Source of the DNA: a virus
Lineage: Duplodnaviria; Caudoviricetes
Direction: 5' to 3' (one strand)
DNA length: 64,000 nucleotides
Virus record (IMG/VR): IMGVR_UViG_3300035454_000933
Coordinates: 154 to 64,153 of that record
Shown piece after piece: positions 40,541 to 48,800 of the stretch. Below the pieces are notes generated by a model, which did no database searches, was not told the origin of the DNA, and saw only the letters and a list, made by a program, of their open reading frames with translations. Position numbers and translations under genes: made by a program. Numbering within the stretch: the first letter of the stretch is position 1; each line of letters starts with the position of its first letter.

Positions 40541-43159
40541 TCAGGCAAACAGCATGCAACCCGGGTCCGTGTGGCGGACCAGGATGTTGTCGCGCTCCGA
40601 GCAGCGGCCAGCCTCATACGCGGTGCACTTGCCACAGGTGCCATCCCGCATCACCAGCCTGGCATCCTCCATCAACGCGCCAACGACGGGCGTGTAGGCC
40701 TCCAGCGCCTTCTGAACCGACGTCTCCTTCGGTTTTTCCTCCACCGGCAAGATGAAGGTGTTTGTGCCGTAGGCCCGGGCCCAGGCCACGTCGCACAGCA
40801 TGTTGGCGTAGCTGGTGTGCGGGTCGATGCCGACCTTCACCACCCGGCGCTTGAACTTGCGCTCTTCCTCGTCCTTCTCGGCCACCAGGGCGGTGCGCGT
40901 GAAGTGCAGGAACGCCAGGTCTTTGCAGACCGCCCGCATTTCGCGCTTGCCCTTTTCGAGCACCTCCTGCACCAGGGCGGACGGGTCCGGGAACAGGCAA
41001 TGCGTTTTCTGGAACCGGCCCATCGACACCTGCATGCACTTGTACTGGTCGAGCGTGACAGTGAACTGATCGCGAGCCTCATCGGTGGTCCGGCGGTCGC
41101 TGGCGTCCTGCTTCGGGGTGTCGCCCCAGCGGATCATGTCGCCTTCCATGTTGCCGTAGCCGGCCAGAAACACCTTGCCGTGGTGCCGGCGCGCAAAGGA
41201 CTTGGCGCTGTCGTAGTTGGGCAGCGTCTCCACCACGCAGCACTGGACGCCGTAGATCTCCATCAGCTCGTCGCACCGGCGCCAGGGCGACGCGTCCGGA
41301 TCCTGTGGCGTGGGCGAGATGTAGATGTACTCCAGGTGGATGGTCGCCTGGCGGCCGTCAGGCATGCGCTCCTTGATGATGGCCACGATGAAATTGCCCA
41401 TCTGGTCCAGCCCCATGAACGTGCCCTTGGCGGAGAGCTTCCACATCAGGCCAGCGGCCATGCCGGCGGCAGCGCAGGCGTTCAGAATCTCCAGGTTGAC
41501 CGGGACCTGGGATGGGTCGGTATAGGGCTTGCCCAGCTTCCGGTTGAAGAAGTTCTTCATGTCGTCGGCGTTGTGGTACGCCTCGATGATCTCGCGCGGT
41601 GAGATCGTCGGTGACAGGAACTGGGGGTAGTGCACGGAGCGGATCTCGGCGTCCGGGTTTTTGGCAATCCACTCGCCGTCCTGCGGATCGTCGATCCAGC
41701 CCGAGCAGCTGACGCACCGGTACCGGTACTCACCCAGAGCGACGGCCTTTCCACGGTTCACGCGGCGCGGCGCATCCGGGTCGTAGCCGATGCACTCCGG
41801 GAAGTGCTCATCGAGCACCTGCAGGTGGCCACAGCACGGGCAGCGCGTGTGGAACTGGTGTTGGGTGCCGCGCTTGAACCACCAGTGGATATCCGAATCC
41901 GGCCAGTTGGCCGTGGAGCCCATCAGGGTGTAGCGCAGCTCCGACGCGGACATACGCTCGCGGACCTTCTCCATGTCCGCGATCGCCATCTCCTGCACCT
42001 CGTCGAACGAGATGATGTCCATGGGAAACGACTCGGTCGCCGTCTTGCCGGTGGTCCAGAGGAAGTGGAAGCGCGACGTGCCCATGTTGCGGATCAGCAC
42101 GTTGCCCTCGCCACCCCGGGTGCCGGTGGCCTGCTTGTCGGTCATGAGCGTGTAGACTTCCGGGATGGTCCGGACGATCGGCATGAAGCGCTCCGATGAC
42201 TTGCCAGAGGCCAGCATCTGAGACGGCATGAACATGCCGATCTTGGCCGGCGCGAAGCGCAGCGCCAGGTAGAGCATGGCCAGCATTTCAAACACCGTGA
42301 AGCCCACCTGGGTGCACTTCATGATCACGTCGACACGACCGAACGCCTCGGCGAGCGTGGACGGGATCAGGTCGTAGATGAACCGCATGGCCGGACGGTT
42401 CGACAGCGTGAACGGGTGGCCGTCCACCTTCAGACCGCTGGCCTCCAGGCGCTCGCACCACCCGAGGAATGTCTCACCGGTCAGCAGGGTCTGCTGCTCG
42501 GGGGTGAGCTCGACGGCGTGCTCCAGGAACTCGGCGCCAAAGCGCTGCTGGTACTCCAGGTCGCCAGCCGACTCGGCGGCCTTGCGAGTTTCCTCCGGCA
42601 GGTGCGGATTTTGCAGGCTGTCGAGCTGGTGGGACGCCCACTCCGGGTCCCGCAGACCCAGGCGCCAGACCTTGTAAAACCCGTTCTGCTTTCCGTAGGC
42701 GCCGGACAGGATCCACGCCGACCCGTTGTGCACGCGCAGGGCCGGGCTGAGCACGTCGAACCAGACGTCGTCGAAAGACTCGATGTGGCGCGCGTCATCG
42801 ACCACGATCAGGGCGTACTGCTCGAAGACCTCCTGCTTTTCCTCCAGGCTGTAGAAATCGATGATGCCACCAGACGTCAGCTCGATGCGGCGCGTGTTCA
42901 CCCGGCGCTTGATCAGCGGGTCGATCGCGCGCATGACGCGGCGCCGGACCTCCACCATGTCGTCGTCGGTGGCCGCAAAGAAGGCCACCGGCCGCTTGCC
43001 GACCAGGGCGCCGCGTTTGGACGTGAGAAGGACGTCGATGCCCAGGGTGGTCTTGCCGCCCTGCTCCCCCATGGCCACCGCATTGAAACGCTTCGATCCG
43101 TCAATCGCCTGCTTCTGGGCGTCGTGGAGGGTGGGTAGGGTGATGCGAACTTGGGCCAT
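40541..43159 (-). CDS. terL: Terminase large subunit, GpA-type, with an extra N-terminal degenerate terminase ATPase domain (872 aa)
   Basis: Second domain IMKCTQVGFT and ISFDEVQEM, Zn motif CPCC...CVSC, nuclease MGLDQ; first domain MGEQGGKTT and IVVDDA. Confidence 0.85.
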   Translation of the reverse strand: MAQVRITLPTLHDAQKQAIDGSKRFNAVAMGEQGGKTTLGIDVLLTSKRGALVGKRPVAFFAATDDDMVEVRRRVMRAIDPLIKRRVNTRRIELTSGGIIDFYSLEEKQEVFEQYALIVVDDARHIESFDDVWFDVLSPALRVHNGSAWILSGAYGKQNGFYKVWRLGLRDPEWASHQLDSLQNPHLPEETRKAAESAGDLEYQQRFGAEFLEHAVELTPEQQTLLTGETFLGWCERLEASGLKVDGHPFTLSNRPAMRFIYDLIPSTLAEAFGRVDVIMKCTQVGFTVFEMLAMLYLALRFAPAKIGMFMPSQMLASGKSSERFMPIVRTIPEVYTLMTDKQATGTRGGEGNVLIRNMGTSRFHFLWTTGKTATESFPMDIISFDEVQEMAIADMEKVRERMSASELRYTLMGSTANWPDSDIHWWFKRGTQHQFHTRCPCCGHLQVLDEHFPECIGYDPDAPRRVNRGKAVALGEYRYRCVSCSGWIDDPQDGEWIAKNPDAEIRSVHYPQFLSPTISPREIIEAYHNADDMKNFFNRKLGKPYTDPSQVPVNLEILNACAAAGMAAGLMWKLSAKGTFMGLDQMGNFIVAIIKERMPDGRQATIHLEYIYISPTPQDPDASPWRRCDELMEIYGVQCCVVETLPNYDSAKSFARRHHGKVFLAGYGNMEGDMIRWGDTPKQDASDRRTTDEARDQFTVTLDQYKCMQVSMGRFQKTHCLFPDPSALVQEVLEKGKREMRAVCKDLAFLHFTRTALVAEKDEEERKFKRRVVKVGIDPHTSYANMLCDVAWARAYGTNTFILPVEEKPKETSVQKALEAYTPVVGALMEDARLVMRDGTCGKCTAYEAGRCSERDNILVRHTDPGCMLFA

Positions 43160-43180
43160 GTCTCATTATTTTCTCACGAC
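43160..43180 (-). promoter_or_regulatory. Late promoter GTCGTGA-GAA-AATAAT-N5-ATG (terL)
   Basis: 14-nt spacing. Confidence 0.7.
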
Positions 43181-43203
43181 AAAAAGCCCGCGCTCGGCGG
43201 GCT
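43181..43203 (-). terminator. Intrinsic terminator abutting the terL promoter
   Basis: AGCCCGC-CGAGC-GCGGGCT-TTTT. Confidence 0.65.
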
Positions 43204-43221
43204 CTTGGAATTGGGGACAGA

Positions 43222-44133
43222 TTACTTGAGCAGGTCAGCGTCGATCACGAGCATGGACTTCTGCATCGGGGCCGGCTTCTTGGCGCCGCTCACAAAATCC
43301 AGCTTGGTGGGGTGGAAGTTGCCGCCCGACGCGGTTCGGACCTGCGGGCCATGGTGGTCCACGACCTCGTGGGTCTTGCCGGAGCCGTCCTTCACCGTGT
43401 CGCCCTTGCGGAAGTACTTCCCATAGGCCTTGTGCTCTTCGTGCCCGACGTCGCCTTCGGCTGGTGGGATGTAGTCGCCTGCGCCCGCTGGCTTTTTTGC
43501 GGCCGGCTTCTTGGCGCCACCATGAGCGCCAGACGCATACGCATGCTTCAGGGCGTGCTTGAGCAAACCCTTGCTCACCTCTTTGAAGTCCTCTCGATCA
43601 CTACCGACCGTGTCCAGTGAATCGAACTGGCCGAAGTGTTTCCCCGCCTCAGCGACGACACCGTCGCGGTGCGTGCCGCCATTCGAGTGACCAGCGCCAG
43701 CGTCGTAGGCGTGATGCAGTGCGGCCTTCAGGCCGGATTTTCCAGTGTCCACGAAGTCCTCGCGATCGCTTCCAACCTCATCGAACGAGTCGAGCCCGAG
43801 GTGCTTCTTGGCTGCGGCGCTGATTGACTCGTCCATGTGCGCGCCCTTGCCAGTCTGGGAGACGTGGTTCAGCGCGGCGGAGTGGCGATCGGCGACGCCC
43901 TTGTCCTGCAGGATCACGTGGTTCTTGCCGTCCGGCTCCTTGATCTGGTGGCCGCCGTGCTTGAACGGGGCGACGCTGTAGCCGCCGGCCGGCTTCTTTT
44001 CAGAGCCTCCATGCATGCCCCAGGCAGGCTTCGGCTTCGCGGCCTGGCGCTTGTCGTCGTGGGCAGCGACAAAGGCTCCGTCCTTGCGCGTGAAGCCCTG
44101 AATGTGGGCCTTGAGTACCAGCTTCTTGTCCAT
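43222..44133 (-). CDS. Putative head cargo protein with tandem DUF6900-like repeat (303 aa)
   Basis: N-terminal LVLK|AHIQGFTRKDG; two copies of KH(L/F)G.(F)DS.D.VGSDREDF......LK.AL.HAY..GA. Confidence 0.7.
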   Translation of the reverse strand: MDKKLVLKAHIQGFTRKDGAFVAAHDDKRQAAKPKPAWGMHGGSEKKPAGGYSVAPFKHGGHQIKEPDGKNHVILQDKGVADRHSAALNHVSQTGKGAHMDESISAAAKKHLGLDSFDEVGSDREDFVDTGKSGLKAALHHAYDAGAGHSNGGTHRDGVVAEAGKHFGQFDSLDTVGSDREDFKEVSKGLLKHALKHAYASGAHGGAKKPAAKKPAGAGDYIPPAEGDVGHEEHKAYGKYFRKGDTVKDGSGKTHEVVDHHGPQVRTASGGNFHPTKLDFVSGAKKPAPMQKSMLVIDADLLK

Positions 44134-44151
44134 GACGACTCCAGAGGAAAT

Positions 44152-44173
44152 GACGGCAGTGTAGGGTCACGAC
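44152..44173 (-). promoter_or_regulatory. Late promoter GTCGTGA-CCC-TACACT (leadered, SD GGAG)
   Basis: Intergenic, before the 303-aa gene. Confidence 0.7.
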
Positions 44174-44174
44174 G

Positions 44175-44516
44175 TCAGATCAGGCTGCCATTGTGCCGCG
44201 AGTACGGCGGCGACGGCTGCAGGCGGGCGTGCTGGTGCCAGAAGCTGGCGTAGGCGTCATGCAGCTTGCGATCGCGCACCGAGTTCTTGAAGTTGTCGTA
44301 GTCCACGGTCATGACCGCCACCATCATGGCCTCGCCGACTTCGGTGCGCGGCACCACGGCGCGGAACTGGTAGTCGGTGCCGATCCGGCTGATCACCTTT
44401 GCGCGAGGAAACACGCGCTCGATATCGCCGGGGCGACGGGCGCGCACCAGCAGCTCATCGGGGCCGCACTCCTTGTCGACGATCGACAGGAACGCATCAT
44501 TCATACAGATCCACAT
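44175..44516 (-). CDS. Conserved hypothetical protein (113 aa)
   Basis: LLVRARR...TDYQFRA...DYDNFKNSV...AYASFW; SD GGAG. Confidence 0.75.
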   Translation of the reverse strand: MWICMNDAFLSIVDKECGPDELLVRARRPGDIERVFPRAKVISRIGTDYQFRAVVPRTEVGEAMMVAVMTVDYDNFKNSVRDRKLHDAYASFWHQHARLQPSPPYSRHNGSLI

Positions 44517-44550
44517 AACATCACTCCAGCAGGTTTAAGGTGGGGTGATG

Positions 44551-44573
44551 TTACATCAACAATTTTGTTGATG
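44551..44573. promoter_or_regulatory. Palindromic operator-like site CATCAACAA-TT-TTGTTGATG
   Basis: Perfect 9-bp inverted repeat (44554-44573) in the AT-rich gap upstream of the 113-aa gene. Confidence 0.5.
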
Positions 44574-44586
44574 GTGTTTTTTCGTT

Positions 44587-45375
44587 CTAGAACAATGACT
44601 TACCAGCCGACCACTTGCCGGGCGGTGGCTCCGGCTTCTTGGGTGCTGGCCCAGCGCCGATAGCCTCCGCAACGGGATGGTCGGCCCATCCGTTGAGTAG
44701 GTCGTACAGGTGCGACTTGGGCGCCAGGTGCACCGCCTGAGACTCCCAACCCATGGTTGTCGGGTCCCCGCCGACGCGGCGCGCGCGGTACATGCGGGCC
44801 ACCGAGGTGGTGCGATCGAAGTCCCCGACAAAGCCGGTGATCTCGATCTTCAGGCCGGTCTCTTCAAAGGCCTCCTTGATGGCGTTGGCCTGCAGGGACA
44901 GGCCCGCCTCAGCCGTGCCTTTGGGGAATGTGGCGTGGTAGCCGCCGAACTGGTTCGTGGGCGCCGTGAGCCACACGCGGCCGTCCGGCTCTTCGATGAT
45001 GACGCCAGCGCCGATCGACTTTCCGGGCTTGGTCACCAGGGGCGGCTCGGCCAGGTCGTCCATGACGCCATCGACGTAGTCCCAGCCTTCGGCCGTGGTC
45101 GGGTGGTCGCGCCAGGCGGTGAAGCTGACGCCGTTCAGGCGCGCGGGCACATCACCACCGGGCACGAAGGTGGCCACGGCTTCGGGGTTGTCCCAGGTGC
45201 TGTGTGCCGACGGGTGGCTGGGCTTCTTGATCAGCACCGGCTTGCCGTTGTCCCCGAGTGCCGGGTGGTCGTGTGATTCAGGCGCGGGCTCCCCGCCGAC
45301 CCGTTCATACGGCCGCACGTAGTGCTCGCCCCGCATGTGGCCTTTGACGTGGGCCTTGGCCAGGTCTTCAATCAT
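44587..45375 (-). CDS. NUDIX hydrolase with N-terminal cargo-like extension (262 aa)
   Basis: Nudix box GTAEAGLSLQANAIKEAFEETGL (E7 to L and R15 to K variant); N-terminus LAK|AHVKGHMRGEHYVRPY. Confidence 0.85.
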   Translation of the reverse strand: MIEDLAKAHVKGHMRGEHYVRPYERVGGEPAPESHDHPALGDNGKPVLIKKPSHPSAHSTWDNPEAVATFVPGGDVPARLNGVSFTAWRDHPTTAEGWDYVDGVMDDLAEPPLVTKPGKSIGAGVIIEEPDGRVWLTAPTNQFGGYHATFPKGTAEAGLSLQANAIKEAFEETGLKIEITGFVGDFDRTTSVARMYRARRVGGDPTTMGWESQAVHLAPKSHLYDLLNGWADHPVAEAIGAGPAPKKPEPPPGKWSAGKSLF

Positions 45376-45866
45376 CGCACCCCCAGGATCAGGTTCGCTG
45401 TGTCTTGCAGCATGGCCTCCAGCGCGGCCTTGACGTCGTCATCACCCATCTGGCCGTCCTCGTGCTGCACCGCCAGATCCACGATCGACGAAGCAACCGT
45501 GGTGAACAGGAGTAGGCCCGGGTCATCGACGCCAGGCGTTTCTGGCACGACGAGCTTGATGCGGCGGCCCAGCCGGTCCGGGCTGTTCCAGGGAAGCGGC
45601 GAGTACCGCGGATCCGCGCCCATGACCACATGACCGTACTCGGCAGCGAGGTCCCGGATCTGCTCGATCGCTTTCTCGTTGGACAGTGTGTCAGCGTTGT
45701 AGGCGCGGCGCACACCGACGACCTGCTGCGCGAACTCGGACACCAGCGCGCTGACAACGTCCGGGTCGCCGAGCGACGGGCGCTGGCCCGGCGGCTTGAA
45801 GCCCAGGTCTTCCTCGCGGCCGCGCTCGGCGGCGCGGGAAGCTTCATCGTTGTTCGGTTCCATCAT
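45372..45866 (-). CDS. Hypothetical acidic protein coupled to the ART gene, candidate inhibitor (164 aa)
   Basis: TGATG overlap with the 1798-aa gene stop and ATGA overlap with the NUDIX gene. Confidence 0.7.
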   Translation of the reverse strand: MMEPNNDEASRAAERGREEDLGFKPPGQRPSLGDPDVVSALVSEFAQQVVGVRRAYNADTLSNEKAIEQIRDLAAEYGHVVMGADPRYSPLPWNSPDRLGRRIKLVVPETPGVDDPGLLLFTTVASSIVDLAVQHEDGQMGDDDVKAALEAMLQDTANLILGVR

Positions 45867-48800
45867 CAAATCCCCAGGTCAGGCGGCAACATCAGGATCT
45901 CCAGCTCCAGGCGCTGGGCCCCTGGGTTCCCGTGCTCTTCATCCGGAACCATTTTTTTGGACAGTATAACGAAGCGGGCATTTGGTAAAGTCGTTACCTC
46001 CTTCTCGCCAGCGAAGCCTCCAGACCCGAAGGACTCGACCGCCTTTGCCCCCTTGGCATAGACGACCTTCACCCGGTGGGTGCCGAAGCCCTTCGTGGCC
46101 GTCGGGCTGTAGCTTGTGCACATCGGGCCCGTGGCCTGGAACACCGTGCCGTCCTTGGCGGACATGATGTGCTCCAGCATCTGGGGCGACATTTTCTGCC
46201 AGCGGTACAGGCAGGTGCCCTCCGGCATCGCCGTGGCGTGCGCCAGCGCGGCCTGGGCCACGTCCTTGAGCAAGTTCCCCTGGTGGTCCTGGCTCTTGCC
46301 GTCTCGGAACAGGTCGTTGTAGGAGCCCGACGACTGGACCGAGGAAATGAAGTGCTTCGCCAGCTTCGAAGCCGACTTGTACTTGGCCTTGGCTGCTTCG
46401 ACCGCCGTGGTGGTGTAGTTGCTCAGCACCTTGGGCTTGAAATTCCCCGGCGCGCCGATCGCCCCAAGCGCCACCCAGAAGCCGAGCTTCTCGTTGCTTT
46501 GGACCTTGGCGACCGTGGTGCCGAACGGCTTCGGGGGGAACGCGGCGTTCAGGGCGGCCAGGGAGCCGACGTCGGTCGATCGGAAGACCTTCAGCGGCTG
46601 CGGCGGGTTCGCCACCTCGTCGAGCACCTGCAGCAAGTCCTGCTGGTACTGCAGCACGTGCTTGGACGGGTGCTTCGACACCGGTAGCATTTTCCCGGTC
46701 GGCTCGCCGGTGTCCTTGTTGACCTCCTGGAATTTGAAGTCGGCCAGCGCAACCATGTTGCCGGTGGCCGCAAGGCTGCGCATCGCCTGCTCGACGGCCT
46801 CGTTGCTCTTGTTGACGTGAGGCTTGGAGCTCAACCCGACGCCCGCCCCGTTCCAATTCGAGAAGTCGTGCACCTTGGGCAGCGACGCCGGGTTGATCGG
46901 CAGGGCCGTCGGGTCGAGCGCCTTCTTCGGCGGCTTGGCGGCCTTCGGGAAGCGTGCGATCAGGTCGTTCTTGCGCGCGATCAGCGTGTCGGCCATGGCC
47001 TTCTTCTGCGCCTCGGTACCGGGACCGTGGTCGAAAACCAGGGCGCGAATGGCCGAGTCGTCGATGGCCGCCACCTTCGCCACGCTGGCGGTCAGGTCGG
47101 CCACGGTCATCTTGCCGAACACGGCCGCCGACTTCGGGTTCAGCTTGGCGTCGCGCAGGGTGTCGATCTCGTCGACCTTGGGGCCGAATGGCTTCTTTGC
47201 GCCCTGGGCGCGGTACTCCAGCGAGCCACCCGCATCGACGCGGTGGGCCTTGCCGTCGGGCCCGATCTGGCAGTTGTCGAGCGCCAGGCCGATCACGTCC
47301 CAGTTTCCGAGCCAGGCGTCCACCGCGAAGCCGGCGTGCACACCTTCGACCTTTGCGAGCGCAGTGGCGCTGCTCGCCGGCTTAATGTTGACCCACTTCG
47401 ACGCGATGCCGACCTTGCCCGCCTTCGTGACCAGCTGCGCATCCTGGCTGGACAGTCCGGCCAGAGCGTAGAGCTTGGCGGCCAGCACCTCGCTCTTGGC
47501 GGTGTCGGCGTCGTTGGGGAATTTGCAGTACCACTCCTGGCCGGTCGGGTCCTTGAATTTGCCGCCCGGGTTCGAGCCGCCCTGCTTGCCGGTCTGCGCC
47601 CAGGCGTCCATGGCGGGCGCCGCGGCCGTCGTGCTCGAAGCGGAAGACCCGGCGCCAGGCATGTCCGAGGCGCTGAACGAAGGGTCGAGCTTTTGCAGCA
47701 TGTGCAGCGGCGGCACGGTGTGGCCCGCGGCCGACATCTTCTGCACCAGCTCCTGCAGGGTGGTCGCTTGAGCTGCCGGATCCCCGGTGTTGGCCTGCAT
47801 GCTGGCCTCGTCGTGGTACTCGGCGCCCATGCTGGGCTCGAAGGCCACCAGGCCCTCGTGGTTGCCGATGGTCCCAGCGCCACTGAAACCCGGGTCGTTC
47901 GGGCTGTGGACCCAATCGCCAGCGCCGTCGTCGCCGGTCTGCATCTTCACCCAGTGGCCGTCCTTGAGGATGAGCATGCCGTCGGCGCCCATCTTCGTGT
48001 CGCCTTCTTTCGGTCCCTGCTGCGCATCGGCGTCGTGCTCGTGCGTGCCGTATCCCTGGTACGTGTAGCCGTTGGCCGACTTCTGCTTGATCAGCGTCGT
48101 CTTCATGGCGGCCGCGGCCTGCGGGGAAGCCAGGTGCTTGACCGTCGTCTGCTGGGTCCCGCCGATCTTCCCGTACTCGGTCTTCAGCGTGGACCCATGC
48201 ACCGACACCGACCACGACTTGCTGTGCGTGCCGGTGGTGTTGTGGAAGACCTGCGAGGCCACGCTGATCTTGGCCGGCTCGACCGGCTCCGACATTTTGT
48301 GCCGGACGATCAGCTTCTTGATGTGCGCGAGCATCGGCTTGGAGAGCTGCAGCTTCGACATGCTCTCCAGGTTTTCGAGCGTCAGGTTGTTGAGCGCCGC
48401 CTTCTCGTCTTCAGAGAGAGGCTTGATCATCTTCTCGATGTGCGCCTTGACCTCTGGCTTCAGGCTGCCGACCTCCAGCATCTCCTGCAGGTCGGATATA
48501 TCCAGGCTCTCCAGCGACTCCAGCACAGACGGGTGCACGCCTACCGGCTTCCCGGACAGCGCCCAACCGTGAAGGTTGTGCACCTTCTCTGTGGCCAGCT
48601 GCAGGGACGCATCGAACTCGTCGTCGGCCATCGACGAAACGTCTCCGGCGATGTTGCTCTGAATGGCGTCGTTGAACGCCTCCATGGCGGTGTCTGGATC
48701 CGAGTCCTCCAGGGCCGCGTAGGCTTCGGCCTGCTCCTTGGTGGGTTGCTTGCCGGCGGCCATGGCGGCCTTCCAGCCGTTGAACGCTTCGTTTGCCGCG

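Noticed and set aside
38695-43138. Plus-strand ORFs of 686, 343 and 240 aa
   Set aside because: Shadows of portal and terL
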